Assembly: GCA_963842085.1 (NCBI GenBank)
Contig: CAWJET010000001.1
Location: forward strand, 480,001 to 544,000
Length of the DNA stretch: 64,000 bases
Source: an uncultured delta proteobacterium
GTDB lineage: Bacteria; Desulfobacterota; Binatia; Binatales; Binataceae
Direction of reading: 5' to 3'
Both the position numbers and the translations under genes were made by a program. The notes beneath the pieces are model-generated. The model was given only the letters and a program-made list of their open reading frames with translations, did no database searches and had not been told where the DNA came from. Positions 11,602 to 23,352 of this stretch are shown in pieces (the first letter of the stretch is position 1; each line of letters opens with the position of its first letter).

Positions 11602-13470
11602 ACGGACGCTCAAACCAAATACGCCAGAAGCGGCGATGTCCACATAGCTTACCGCGTCTTCGGCGACGGCCCGCGCGATATAATCCTTGTCCCGGGAACC
11701 GTCTCGCACGTCGAGCTGTACTGGGAGCTGCCTACAAACGAATACCTACTCAAGAGGCTGTGCGCGTTCGCTCGCGTGATCGTCTTCGACAAGCGCGGCC
11801 AGGGCCTGTCCGATCGGGTGGCCGAACAAACGATGGAAGAGCGAGTGGACGACGTGCGCGCGGTGATGGATGCGGCCGGGTCGAAGCGCGCGACGATCTA
11901 TGGATGGTCCGAAGGCGGGCAATTGTCGATTACGTTCGCCGCTCGACATCCTGAACGGACGGCCGCCCTCATCCTGTACGGCAGCTACGCTTCGATGAGA
12001 TCGGAGCCGTGGATCGTCAGCCCCGAGCGCTTCGAATGGTTCTTATCGGTAATCACAAAGCACTGGGGCGAGGGGATTTTGGTCAAAGTGAATGCGCCCA
12101 GCCGAAGTAAGGACGAGGCATTCCTCAAGTGGTTCGGACGCCTCGAGCGCGCTGTCGCCAGTCCGGGCGCGATCGTGGCGTTGTTGCGCGCCAACTACGA
12201 GCTTGACGTAAGCGGGCTGTTACCTTCGATCCGGGTCCCGACCCTGATCCTGCATCGCGAGGGCGATGCGCTGGCTCCAGTGCAAGCCGGGCGTTACCTG
12301 GCTTGGAACATTCCCGGAGCAAAATATTTCGAGCTGCCGGGCGACGATCACCTGCTGCAGGCTTTCGACCTCGACGTCCTCGACATGCTGATCGATCGGA
12401 TAGAGGAATTCGTGACCGGCTCGCGCCCAGAGAGGCGGCCTCGCGAAATCCTCGCGGAACAGATGCAGCCCAAATCGCCGAGCGTTCAAGACATTGCACG
12501 CGGCGATGCGGCCGACTCCGAGAACGACTCACTGAGTGAAGCGATCGCGGAACTCGAGCGATGCCGCGAAACGATAGCGGCGGGCGGAGACGTGAGCGAT
12601 GTCGAAGGTCCACTGGCGCGAGTGCAGGCGCTGGTCGCCTCGGCTTCGGGATCGTGGCAGGACTCTGAATCGCAATTCGTGCGGGCCATCTCAAACTTCC
12701 GACGCCACAAGATGGCCTGGCAGGAAGCGCGCACGTTTGAGATCTGGGGCCGCAGCCTGATGGCCGGTCTCGATCGAAGAGGTCTGATCGAGCGGCTCGA
12801 TTCGACCATCGAAACCTACCGACGACGGAGCCTCGCCAACGGCAACAGTGCGGCTCAGAACGCTACGAAAATCACCGTGCAGGAAGAGTCCTCGCCTGCG
12901 GTGTTTCAGCCCGAGGGCGATTACTGGACGGTTTCGTGGCAGGGAAAAATTGTCCGGCTCAAGGACGCCAAGGGCTTTCATTACATCGCGTACCTGTTGG
13001 CAAATGCCGGGCGTCAGGTGCCGGCGTACGAGCTGGCGGCGCTGGGCAAATGTGCACAAGACGAGCGGTCGGCTAATGCTAATGGGCGCACCGTCGGGAG
13101 CCTTGGCGACGCGGGACCGGTGATAGATTGCACCGCGCGCGAACGCTACAAACGGCGCATCGACGAACTGCGCTCAGAACTCGCGGACGCCGAGCGGCTC
13201 AACGACACTGGACGCGCAGGGCGTCTGCGCTGGGAGCTTGAGTCGCTTTGCGATCAGATCGCTTCATCTGTCGGATTGCGCGGGCGCGTTCGTACTGACG
13301 GATCGCATCGTGAACGCGCACGCCAAATGGTTACCAAGTCGGTCAAGGCAGCGATTGCGAAGGTCCGCGCCGGCAACGCCGCGCTGGGGCACTACTTTGC
13401 TACGTCGATCAAGACCGGCAACTTCTGCGCCTATGATCCCGGCCCCCAGAACATTTCCTGGCGGCTATAG
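11602..13470 (+). CDS. Alpha/beta hydrolase fused to a TPR-like region and a C-terminal regulator-type domain; apparent ACG start
   Basis: Frame open from ACG 11602 (GGAGG 10 nt upstream): [17 protein letters not shown] nucleophile; C-terminal [32 protein letters not shown]. Confidence 0.8.
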   Translation, partial: TDAQTKYARSGDVHIAYRVFGDGPRDIILVPGTVSHVELYWELPTNEYLLKRLCAFARVIVFDKRGQGLSDRVAEQTMEERVDDVRAVMDAAGSKRATIYGWSEGGQLSITFAARHPERTAALILYGSYASMRSEPWIVSPERFEWFLSVITKHWGEGILVKVNAPSRSKDEAFLKWFGRLERAVASPGAIVALLRANYELDVSGLLPSIRVPTLILHREGDALAPVQAGRYLAWNIPGAKYFELPGDDHLLQAFDLDVLDMLIDRIEEFVTGSRPERRPREILAEQMQPKSPSVQDIARGDAADSENDSLSEAIAELERCRETIAAGGDVSDVEGPLARVQALVASASGSWQDSESQFVRAISNFRRHKMAWQEARTFEIWGRSLMAGLDRRGLIERLDSTIETYRRRSLANGNSAAQNATKITVQEESSPAVFQPEGDYWTVSWQGKIVRLKDAKGFHYIAYLLANAGRQVPAYELAALGKCAQDERSANANGRTVGSLGDAGPVIDCTARERYKRRIDELRSELADAERLNDTGRAGRLRWELESLCDQIASSVGLRGRVRTDGSHRERARQMVTKSVKAAIAKVRAGNAALGHYFATSIKTGNFCAYDPGPQNISWRL

Positions 13471-13599
13471 GCGCGCATCCGGAATCACAGAGTAGTTTCA
13501 TTTGTCCTCTCCGTTGGCACATCGTGCCAGGAGTTTTCACGCTTTCATGGTTGAGGGCCGCTATCACTCACGGAGCGGTGCCAAGGGAGGAACCATCAA

Positions 13600-14163
13600 A
13601 TGCGTACGATTTCGACCACAATAGTTTTGGCGATAGCTGCGACGCTGGCCTTCGCGACACATGCCATGGCGCAGGGAAACTCGCAACCGCTTGCGCAGGT
13701 CATAGCGCTGGACGAATGCGATCCGGAATCGTTTAACGCCGCGCTTAGCGAAAGCGGAGGCGGCTTTTGTCATAACGTTTCGCTCGCCGCCTTTGGTTAT
13801 GCGACCACCCTGAGTGATCTTCTCACGGGCGCCGAGAGCGGGACCCCCGATCCGGGCTGGGACTTCGAGCCCGACCAGCTCACAATCAAACAGGGAACAA
13901 TCCTCTCAGTCGTCGATCAGGGCGGCGAGCCGCACACCTTCACCGAGGTGAAAGCGTTCGGAAACGGATTCCTGCCGCCGCTCAACCCCGGCAGCTCGAC
14001 CACCGTTATCCCCGAGTGCAGCGGCGGCTTTAAGAACATAGCTGTAGCCCGCACGCGAGTTGTTCAAGGCAGTCATCTCGATATCACGGGACTGTCCAAG
14101 GGCAAGCACCTGTTCCAATGCTGCATCCATCCCTGGATGCGCATGGAAGTCGACGTGAAGTAA
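13600..14163 (+). CDS. Secreted cupredoxin-like copper protein
   Basis: Signal peptide; HTFT and CCIHPWM type-1 copper ligand pattern; GGAGG RBS. Confidence 0.75.
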   Translation: MRTISTTIVLAIAATLAFATHAMAQGNSQPLAQVIALDECDPESFNAALSESGGGFCHNVSLAAFGYATTLSDLLTGAESGTPDPGWDFEPDQLTIKQGTILSVVDQGGEPHTFTEVKAFGNGFLPPLNPGSSTTVIPECSGGFKNIAVARTRVVQGSHLDITGLSKGKHLFQCCIHPWMRMEVDVK

Positions 14164-14214
14164 TTCGCGCCGCGCGTGCCGAAACGCGTGGCCAATCCGC
14201 AGTAGCGCGAGACG

Positions 14215-15534
14215 ATGGATAGTCCGGTCCAATACGCGAGGAGCGGCGATGTTCACATCGCTTACCGCGTTTTCGGCGACGGCCCGCGCGACATCGTGCT
14301 GATGCCGGGAACGCTGTCGCACGTCGAACTCTACTGGGAACTGCCCGCCAACGAGTACATGCTCAAGCGACTCACTTCTTTCGCGCGGGTAATCGTCTTC
14401 GACAAGCGTGGCCAGGGGCTCTCGGATCGGGTCGCCGAGCAGACCCTCGAAGAACGAATTGGTGATGTGCGCGCAGCACTGGATGCGGCCGGCTCCAAGC
14501 GCACGGCCGTCTTTGGCTGGTCGGAAGGCGGCCCGATGTCATTGATGTTCGCCGCCACCTATCCCGAGCGAACCTCGGCTCTCGTGACGTTCGGCGCCTT
14601 TGCTTCAATGAGGGCGCAACCATGGGCGCTCAGCCAGGAGCAATTCAATCGATTCCTTGCGGCACTGGACGCGCACTGGGGCGAAGGCGTCCTCGTCGGC
14701 ATTAATGCTCCGAGTCTGCGCAATGATGAGGTCTTCGTCCAGGCATTCGGCCGGCTGGAGCGCAACGCGGCGAGTCCGGGAGCTATCCTCGCGCTGTTTC
14801 GAGGCGACTACGAAACCGATACCCGCCACCTGCTGCCCTCGATCCGGGTGCCCGCCCTGATCCTTCATCGCAAGGGTGATTCGCTGGTCCCGGTCGCATG
14901 CGGGCGTGACATGGCCTCGAAGATTCCGGGGGCTAAGTATGTCGAACTCCCCGGTGAGGACCATCTGCTCCAGGCCCTCCCTCCGGATTTGCTGGACCGT
15001 CTTCTCGATGAAATCGAGGAATTCATCACCGGCGTGCGCCATCGTCCGGACCCGGACCGGGTGCTTGCCACCGTGATGTTCACAGATATAGTGCGCTCCA
15101 CCGAGCGCGCCGCCGAGATGGGCGACTTCAGATGGCGCGAGCTGCTCAACGACTACTACGCCGCGGTGCGAAAGGAGCTGGCCGTTTTCCGCGGGCGCGA
15201 GGTCAACACTGCCGGCGACGGGCTGCTCGCCACCTTCGATGGGCCGAACCGGGCGATACGGTGCGCCTGTTCGGTGCGCGAAAGGCTTCGTCCGCTGGGA
15301 CTTGAGGTCCGGACCGGGCTCCACACCGGCGAGTGCGAGTTGATCGGCGACGACGTAGGCGGCATCGCGGTGCATATTGCGGCGCGCGTCGCAGCCACTG
15401 CCGAACCGGACGAAGTGCTGGTTTCCAGCACCGTTCGAGACTTGGTCGCCGGTTCCGGCCTGCGCTTCGCGGACCGGGGCATGCATGGCCTCAAGGGCGT
15501 GCCCGAGGAATGGCGTCTTTTCCTCGTTCAGTAA
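14215..15534 (+). CDS. Alpha/beta hydrolase-class III nucleotide cyclase (LipJ/Rv1900c-like)
   Basis: GWSEGG, then LATVMFTDIVRST, AGDGLLATF, RTGLHTGE and LKGVP cyclase motifs. Confidence 0.92.
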   Translation: MDSPVQYARSGDVHIAYRVFGDGPRDIVLMPGTLSHVELYWELPANEYMLKRLTSFARVIVFDKRGQGLSDRVAEQTLEERIGDVRAALDAAGSKRTAVFGWSEGGPMSLMFAATYPERTSALVTFGAFASMRAQPWALSQEQFNRFLAALDAHWGEGVLVGINAPSLRNDEVFVQAFGRLERNAASPGAILALFRGDYETDTRHLLPSIRVPALILHRKGDSLVPVACGRDMASKIPGAKYVELPGEDHLLQALPPDLLDRLLDEIEEFITGVRHRPDPDRVLATVMFTDIVRSTERAAEMGDFRWRELLNDYYAAVRKELAVFRGREVNTAGDGLLATFDGPNRAIRCACSVRERLRPLGLEVRTGLHTGECELIGDDVGGIAVHIAARVAATAEPDEVLVSSTVRDLVAGSGLRFADRGMHGLKGVPEEWRLFLVQ

Positions 15535-15622
15535 CCGATCGCCAAAGCCCACCCTCCACCACGGGGCCGCTTCGCTGTGAAGCCCCATGGTGGAGGCCGA
15601 ACAAACTGGAAAGGAAAATCAG

Positions 15623-16374
15623 ATGACAGTCACCAATCGCGACCGCGCCGAATGGGCTCGCAACGCCCTGGGGGGCTTTCGCCGCGAAACAAAATGCGAC
15701 TACGAGGGTAGCACCGCCTTCTGCGTACATTGCAAATACACAGGCCCTGTCTCCGGGTTCGACGCCCCTTCTACCGACGGAACTACTGGCAACGAGAAAG
15801 GCGGTGCGGCATGAGCAACAAGCCAGCGACCGTTATCGACGCGGCGATCGCCGCAAACCTTGCGGCGCTCGCCCAGCGCCTCGAAGAAGCCACCGCCGTC
15901 GCGCGCGAAGCATCGAGCGCGATGGAGAACCGTCACCGCAATCTCGCCATCGGTACGCTGCTCGTGATCGAAGAGATGCTGCCTGAAGCACAGGCGCTTT
16001 GGGGACGATTACTTCTTCCGGAGTATGACGGAGCCGGAGGCTGCCGAGGTTTCCGGACGCGAGGCGATCATGGTCAGACAATCCGCTCATTGAGCATTAG
16101 GGGAGGCCACAGTCCCGAAAGCATCCTGAGCGAAGGCGAACAGAGAGCCGTCGCCCTCGCGGACTTCCTGACAGAAATTGCGCTCAATCCCGCCAATGCG
16201 GGTATCGTTCTCGATGACCCGGTCACCTCCCAGGATCACCAGAGAAAAGAGCTCATCGCACGCCGCGCTGCTTCTCGTCCCGATTACCTTGTTTGCGTTC
16301 GCACGACATACGTTCGCGCAGCAAAAGCCTACACCGCTCCGCCAAGAATCAGGATGCCGTACAGCATCGTGTGA
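15623..16374 (+). pseudogene. Chimera: two small mobile-element hypotheticals (15623..15814, 15811..) fused to an AAA/SMC-like ATPase fragment
   Basis: Overlapping ATGA junction; ILSEGEQRAVALADFL..IVLDDPVTS signature and Walker B at about 16120-16230, with no Walker A. Confidence 0.55.
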
Positions 16375-16391
16375 CTGGGCACGCGTACTTA

Positions 16392-17309
16392 TCAGGCTGG
16401 ACGAGAACCTGCTTGTGCAAGGCGCCGCTTCGCCTCCTGTAGCACGTCCTCGGGAAGCGGCCCCTTAAGAGCGGCAGCAATATTATCTCGCAAATGCCCA
16501 ACGTCCCTCGTTCCTACAATCGTCGTGTCCAGGTCTGGATTGGAAAGGGTGAAACGCAACGTGAACTCCATGCGGCTCACGCCATTGAGCAATTCGTCCA
16601 GATGCGCCTCTTGCCAACGATCGCGCATCGTATTCCGCGGCATCATCCGGGATGCCCGCCCTTCCCAGTCGGTAGGCGCGCCCCGCGCTACTCCGCCGCG
16701 GATGACGATTCCGGCGCCGGCCGCCGCGGCCCGAGAGATCGCCTGCTCATGCTCGCGCTGAAGCGCTGAATACGGAATCTGGAACTCGTCAAACACACCC
16801 ATATCGACCTGCTCGAGCAGGTTGGGTAGGGTGGCGGACACCCCGATGAAGCGCACCTTGCCTTCTTTCTTGAGCGCCAAGACCGTCTCCAGCGCACCCG
16901 TTTCCTCAAACTCCTTGCGAGTGAGGCTCCGATGAAACTGCACCAGGTCCAGATGGTCCGTCTTCATCTTGCGCAAGCTCTGCTCGATGCCGATTCGAAT
17001 ATTTTCCGGCGTGTGAACGTGGTCGGAACCTCCCGGCATCCCGGGCACGCAACCGCATTTGGACGCAAGGAAGTATTCCGAGCGCCGATGCGCGATGAAA
17101 CGTCCGATCAACTCTTCGCTGCGTCCATAGTCGATGGACGTATCAATAAAGTTGATGCCGGCGTCCAAAACCGCGTTCAGTACTCTCTCTGCTGTTTCGT
17201 CGGAGACTTCCGGACCCCGTGGTGCCCCTCGCAGCTCCATCGCGCCGTAGCCCAGTGTCGTAATTTCAAGGCCCGTGCGGCCCAGCCTTCGTTTTGCCAA
17301 TTCGCTCAT
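16392..17309 (-). CDS. Aldo/keto reductase
   Basis: LGYGAM, GINFIDTSIDYGRSE, ASKCG and GKVRFIGVS motifs; GAGGAGG RBS. Confidence 0.93.
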   Translation of the reverse strand: MSELAKRRLGRTGLEITTLGYGAMELRGAPRGPEVSDETAERVLNAVLDAGINFIDTSIDYGRSEELIGRFIAHRRSEYFLASKCGCVPGMPGGSDHVHTPENIRIGIEQSLRKMKTDHLDLVQFHRSLTRKEFEETGALETVLALKKEGKVRFIGVSATLPNLLEQVDMGVFDEFQIPYSALQREHEQAISRAAAAGAGIVIRGGVARGAPTDWEGRASRMMPRNTMRDRWQEAHLDELLNGVSRMEFTLRFTLSNPDLDTTIVGTRDVGHLRDNIAAALKGPLPEDVLQEAKRRLAQAGSRPA

Positions 17310-17345
17310 AGTAAACCCTCCTCGATAATCAGGATCCAGCCTCAC

Positions 17346-17424
17346 CGGCGTTGTGCGGCTTGAACGTGGTCGTGAACGCTATCACGATATTGCCGCAGTG
17401 GCATTGCGCGTGAAGAGTGTGCAT
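17346..17424 (-). pseudogene. GFA/CENP-V family N-terminal fragment
   Basis: MHTLHAQCHCGNIVI after a GGAGG RBS, then truncated. Confidence 0.6.
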
Positions 17425-17589
17425 TGTCGCCCTCCACGACGATCTCTTCGGACCGAAGCCTAGAGCGAACGTTTTAACTTTTCTATCGCGCCTCGACCCT
17501 TGCCGCCGGCGCTCCGGCCACGCGGGGCACCCTGTTTTGACAGCGGCGCGGAGCAGAACGCATACCAGAATCACCAGAAGCGATCCTCT

Positions 17590-17791
17590 TCGTCGTTTGG
17601 CTTTCCTGCATCACCGGCTGATCTTCGTGTGGATGTACCGACTGTTCCCATCGATTCTGGATGCAATCACCGTGGTCAAACCCGAGACGGTGATCCGTTG
17701 GCATCGGCGCGGCTTTCGGGCTTACTGGCGCTGGAAATCCCGCCGACGTCGTGGCCGCCCCAGAATCGACCGCGAGATCCGCGATCTCATC
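17590..17791 (+). pseudogene. rve-type transposase N-terminal fragment
   Basis: LIFVWMYRLFP..VKPETVIRWHRRGFRAYWRWKS..GRPRIDREIRDLI. Confidence 0.8.
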
Positions 17792-17816
17792 GATGCGGGC
17801 CAGAGAGAACCTCGCA

Positions 17817-17952
17817 ATGAAAACCATCTACCGCGCCGAAGCAATCGGATCGTTGCTGCGTCCACGCCTGTCTTCGGAGTGCTCGGCGGTCGCTGCGGTG
17901 GAGAGAGATAACAACCGCTGAGTTCAAGAAAATCGAAGATCGCGCAGTCGAC
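17817..17952 (+). pseudogene. Cobalamin-independent methionine synthase-like N-terminal fragment
   Basis: MKTIYRAEAIGSLLRP..ITTAEFKKIEDRAV, with a frameshift. Confidence 0.55.
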
Positions 17953-17998
17953 CCCCTCTAGCCTGTTCCGTGATTCCCGCCATGAGTCAAACACTCAC

Positions 17999-18424
17999 TC
18001 ACGGCCGGCGGCGTATGTGTTCCTTCTCGCTTTCGGTTAGGTCCGACAGGTCGAGTTCGGGCTGCGGGTCGGGTTCGGGATCGCCAATACTGCGCGCCGC
18101 GTCTGTGGCTTGTTTTGCATGTCTCTTTTCCCCGCGAAAGATATCGCGGAGAGTGTTCAACTGCCGATGGCAATTCACTAGGGCTTCATAAACGATCGAC
18201 TCAAGGTAATCGCCGCCCCTGCTCCGCTGGTCTCTTCTGAGTATTTGAAAGACTGCGACAACCGGGTCATGCGGCTCCCATCTAGGAAAGTTTGCAGGTT
18301 TGACACGGACCCAATCGGCCACAATTGCTTTGTATTCATCGGTGCTGCCCTCGGCTGCGAAGTCGAGCAGTTCTTTTCTCGAAAGAATGAGTTGCGCCTT
18401 GGACAGGTCGCCCGTAGATGACAC
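17999..18424 (-). CDS. 141-aa unknown protein, paralog of 58366..58791
   Basis: Same length as, and highly similar to, the second copy. Confidence 0.6.
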   Translation of the reverse strand: MSSTGDLSKAQLILSRKELLDFAAEGSTDEYKAIVADWVRVKPANFPRWEPHDPVVAVFQILRRDQRSRGGDYLESIVYEALVNCHRQLNTLRDIFRGEKRHAKQATDAARSIGDPEPDPQPELDLSDLTESEKEHIRRRP

Positions 18425-18658
18425 TGTTCCGCAATACAGCGCGGCCGCGCATAAAGATAGAGACTCGCGAGCGATCAATGAGTCGCTGCCGGAGTCCGGC
18501 TTGATGTGCTCGTCGGGCTTGCGAAAACCGTCAGATCTGTACTGATACCCCAGTCCCGCGCCAGTTCGAGTACGCCGTCGTAGAGGTCGCTTTCCTCGGC
18601 TCTCTCGTCCCGAAATCAATGGTCTCGTCAACTTGCTGCCACCCTCAAAGCCTTGTCG

Positions 18659-19528
18659 ATGACGAGTAACCGTAACCGTGCGGTCGCCGCGGCGATGGGC
18701 GCTGCTGCAGCGCTTGGCCTGACAGTCGATGATGCGATCGTGCTCCAGGAGTCGAACAAGCTCGCTGTGCGCCTGCTGCCGTGCGACGTTCTTGCTCGGG
18801 TCGCGGAGGAGCGCATCAAGCGCTGGGCGGAGTTCGAAGTCGAGCTTGCTTTACGGCTCGCGGAAACCGGGAGCCCCGTAGCAGCGCTTGAGCCTCGGGT
18901 CGCGCCGGGCGTCTACGTGCGTGACGGCTTTGTGGTCACGCTGTGGACCTACTACGAACCTGTGCCGTCCCGAGAGTTCGCGCCAGCCGACTACGCGCGC
19001 GCGCTCGAACGGCTGCATGACTGCATGCGGCAGATCGACTTCCCTACACCGCACTTTACGGATCGAATCACCGACGCCCAGCGGCTTATCGGAAGCCGTG
19101 ACCAGACTCCAGAGCTCGTTGACGCGGACCGTGAGCTTCTCAGCAACACGTTACGAAGTCTGCGGCAGGCGATCAGCGCTCGCGGGCGCCCCGAACAACT
19201 CCTGCACGGCGAGCCACACCCGGGCAACGTGCTCAGGACGAAGAAGGGCCTGCTGTTCATTGACCTCGAGACCTGTTGCCGCGGGCCCGTCGAGTTCGAT
19301 CTCGCCTACGTGCCCGAAGAGGTGAGCGTGCTCTACCGAAGCACCGATCAACAGCTGCTCCGCGAATGCCGGGTCCTGATGCTTGCGATGGTGGCAGCAT
19401 GGCGCTGGGATCGAAACGACCAATTCCCCAACGGGCGACAAGCAGCGCGAGAATTCGTCAGCGAGCTCCGGGCGGCACTGTCGGGCGCACCTTTCTCGAC
19501 GCACTTGCCGCGCTGGACTGACATCTGA
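18659..19528 (+). CDS. Aminoglycoside phosphotransferase-family kinase
   Basis: LLHGEPHPGNVL and FIDLE motifs. Confidence 0.85.
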   Translation: MTSNRNRAVAAAMGAAAALGLTVDDAIVLQESNKLAVRLLPCDVLARVAEERIKRWAEFEVELALRLAETGSPVAALEPRVAPGVYVRDGFVVTLWTYYEPVPSREFAPADYARALERLHDCMRQIDFPTPHFTDRITDAQRLIGSRDQTPELVDADRELLSNTLRSLRQAISARGRPEQLLHGEPHPGNVLRTKKGLLFIDLETCCRGPVEFDLAYVPEEVSVLYRSTDQQLLRECRVLMLAMVAAWRWDRNDQFPNGRQAAREFVSELRAALSGAPFSTHLPRWTDI

Positions 19529-20173
19529 ATCGCTGGTGGACGATAAAAATTGGAGCTAGTTCGTTGAGCTCTTTGCCCCACTAAGTAATGACGTCCATCT
19601 TTTCCGCCATCTCGCGCTTGGACTCCGCCATTAGGTGAGTGTAAGTGTCGGCAGTTAGCTGGATTGTCGAGTGCCCAAGCACCTCCGAAATCATTCGCAT
19701 TGAATAAGATAGCGCGCGGCGCTACGACAACAAGGACGATCGTGAATCGAGCGTTACTCAAACCGTACTTCACCGGGCTTTATGAATATGTCGCTAATGC
19801 GACTTGACTGTCGGTAAGCGCCGAATGCTCGGCGAAGGCGACGATCCTGTTTGACAACTTCTTCACTGGTGCCGCACGACCGCGTCGATCTCGCGGCCGC
19901 TCAAACCCCCCTGCTCCAGCAACGCGAACGCGACGACCTCGACCCAGCGCCAGCGCATCGCGATAAGGTCGTCGACCTCGGGCCGAAGCTGCGCGAACCT
20001 TCGTTGTCCAGATCGATCTGGTCCTAACAGGGCGCCTGTGCGGCGGGTCTGCGCGACACCTCGTGCGTGAGCTTCCTCTTCGGCGGGGTCATCACGCCGA
20101 TCGTGCCCGGCGGCGAGGTGCCGCGCGATCGGTAGCATAGGCGCGACCATCTCGATCAAAAAAAGAACGAAAC

Positions 20174-20650
20174 TTACTCGTCGCTCGCTGGGCGGCGACG
20201 CTCGCGATAATTCGCGATCGCCTTGGGCAGGTTGTATAAGTACTGAAGAAGATAGTCGAGAAACTCGACCACATCGCGGCTGTCCGCTGCGCCGGCGCCC
20301 CGACTTTCGTCATCTGGGTGCGTGGCGTCGTTGCCCAGCAACCGTACTTCATCAGACCACTCACGCATCAGCGGGAGGACGCCCTGATCCGATAGACTCT
20401 TGTTGATCTCTTCTTTGAGGTTGTTTCCCTCAGCCCCCTGATCGCGAAGCGCAGCTTGCAGGGCGGTGCGGGCCATAATAGCTGCAGCATCCCAACTCTC
20501 GCTCTGAAGGCTTCGGTGCGCCTGTTGCCAGCAGCGCCTTACTTCGGGAGGCCAATATTCGGGCGGATCAGGCACATGCAGCGGCCACGGTAGAACGCGA
20601 AAATCGTGCAGTGTCTTCGACCCGCTGTACTCACTCGCTGACCACAACAC
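20174..20650 (-). CDS. DUF4145-domain protein, probably 5'-truncated
   Basis: AAAIMARTALQ..NLKEEIN..VRLLGNDATH..LQYLYNLP. Confidence 0.75.
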   Translation of the reverse strand: MLWSASEYSGSKTLHDFRVLPWPLHVPDPPEYWPPEVRRCWQQAHRSLQSESWDAAAIMARTALQAALRDQGAEGNNLKEEINKSLSDQGVLPLMREWSDEVRLLGNDATHPDDESRGAGAADSRDVVEFLDYLLQYLYNLPKAIANYRERRRPASDE

Positions 20651-21038
20651 CTGAACATATCCAGCGCAGTATCTCCGGTTTGTCGCGAATGCCCAGCCCG
20701 GACCTCGGGTGTCGTGTTCAGCGCGGCGATCGCCTGCTTCAAATGAAGCTCGGCTTCCTGGGCGGCGCCGCGCATCATTCCCTGCCGGCCTGCGCGGTCC
20801 ATGTACTGGACCGCTTTCTAGGCGTTCGAGCTGCGGCCGTACTGGTAAGCGAGTTGGCTCAGATGGTCATCGATCGATTGAGCGCACGCGATCCTGACGA
20901 CCGATCAGTTGATGGCGCCGCTGCCCGCGCCTGCACTTGGCAAGAAACAGTCGGAGCTGGCTGCTTAGCTCTTTGGCGTTCAGCCAGTACCTAAATGAGT
21001 AGCGGCTATGCTAAGAAAGCGGCGGGGAGGGCCTTCAC

Positions 21039-21980
21039 ATGCTAAGCCGTGCAGCTAGTCGAATAGTGAAGAACGAGGCGATGGACAGTGGCAGGTGGTC
21101 GGCCTACAAACCGCGCTCCGGCGATATCATCATCGGCACCGCGCCAAAGGTGGGTACCCATTGGACGTTGCAAATAGTCAGCCTGCTCGTATTTCAATCA
21201 CCTGAGCCGAGAGACTTAGGGTTTGCGCCGTGGCTCGATGCGCAATTCCTGGCGCCGCTCGACGAGGTGCTCAAAAAGATCGAGTCTCAAGCTCATCGCA
21301 GGATTCTCTTCTCGCATCTGCCGTTTGACGCCATGCCGATTTACGACGAGGTTCAGTACATCCACGTAGCACGCGATGGCCGCGACGCCTGCATGTCACT
21401 GCTAAACCACGTTAGCAACATGACTACCGACCATTTCAATCGGATCGCTGAGAACCGTCGCGACGGCGACACTATCGAGCGTGCGATGAGGGAATCGCCC
21501 AGGGAGCCGCGCGAGTTTTTTCTTCATTGGATCGAGGCGGGCACCAGCCGTGATATAGATCGTGCCGACTGGTTCTTCGAAATCGAGCGCTCCTACTGGT
21601 CGGAGCGTCATCGCCCAAATCTGTTGCTGGTACACTTCAACGATTTGAAGGCCAACCTGTCAGATGAGATGCGACATATCTCCGCGTTTCTTGACATTCC
21701 GGTGAATGAGGCGATTTGGCCGAAGCTCGTCGAGGCAGCGACGTTCGACTCGATGAAGCAAAATGGTGCGCAGATTCTTGCGAAACTCGAACACCTATTC
21801 CGAGGCGGCCACGAGACATTTCTCCATCAGGGCACGAACGAGCGATGGCGCGATGTGCTGACCGAAGCCGATCTGGCGCTTTACGAAAAGCACGCGCATA
21901 CCGCACTTTCGCTGGGACTTTTCAACTGGCTGCGCAACGGCCGGCGCGTCGCAGGCGACCCGGTCTCGATGCCGGATTGA
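21039..21980 (+). CDS. PAPS-dependent aryl sulfotransferase
   Basis: DIIIGTAPKVGTHW and YIHVARDGRDACMS PAPS-binding motifs. Confidence 0.9.
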   Translation: MLSRAASRIVKNEAMDSGRWSAYKPRSGDIIIGTAPKVGTHWTLQIVSLLVFQSPEPRDLGFAPWLDAQFLAPLDEVLKKIESQAHRRILFSHLPFDAMPIYDEVQYIHVARDGRDACMSLLNHVSNMTTDHFNRIAENRRDGDTIERAMRESPREPREFFLHWIEAGTSRDIDRADWFFEIERSYWSERHRPNLLLVHFNDLKANLSDEMRHISAFLDIPVNEAIWPKLVEAATFDSMKQNGAQILAKLEHLFRGGHETFLHQGTNERWRDVLTEADLALYEKHAHTALSLGLFNWLRNGRRVAGDPVSMPD

Positions 21981-22007
21981 GAAGCGCGCTTGTTGCCTCT
22001 CAAGTGA

Positions 22008-22100
22008 TGGCAGCGTGGTGTCTTCTATCAGATCTATCCACGATCTTTTTCGATTCGAACCGCGACGGGATCGGCGATCCCGACGGCATCACTGCCAAGC

Positions 22101-22102
<2 letters not shown>
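22008..22102 (+). pseudogene. GH13 alpha-glucosidase N-terminal fragment
   Basis: WQRGVFYQIYPRSF, frameshift, DSNRDGIGDPDGITAKL. Confidence 0.7.
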
Positions 22103-22887
<785 letters not shown>

Positions 22888-23231
22888 AAGAACGACCTCC
22901 TTCAAGAAAATGCGAGCGCCTGGACCGCTTTCGAGTGATGACGATTAGAACGAGGTAGCCTCGCCTCGCTCCAGGCTTTCGCTGCGTCAGCCGGGTCCCA
23001 GAACGGACCAAATGCGCCTATCTTTTTGCACACCTCTTGAGCCTCGAGCAAACAGTTGGGAAATGTGGAAGAGTTCATCCCACGTTTCCAGACTCAGTTC
23101 AACCGCTGTGGCTATCTTTCGACGGTCTTCGCGGCAGACGACTGTCCTGAAAACGACCGTTTCCCGGACAAAAACAAAACGCAACAGAATTCGTGTCTTG
23201 TAAGTCCGGAAAATCTGTCCGTCAATTCTAA

Positions 23232-23352
23232 CTCCCATCTCCGCTATCAATTCCTCTTTCGAGTGCGTCGCAGAGGCGAAGGCTGCGGCCTCTGTGATTC
23301 TCTCGCGAGCGAGCCGCTTTTCGTGACCGGTGCTGTGGGTCAGTTCATGTAG
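23232..23352 (-). pseudogene. ArdC-type zincin metallopeptidase fragment
   Basis: LHELTHSTGHEKRLAR..SKEELIAEMG. Confidence 0.7.
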
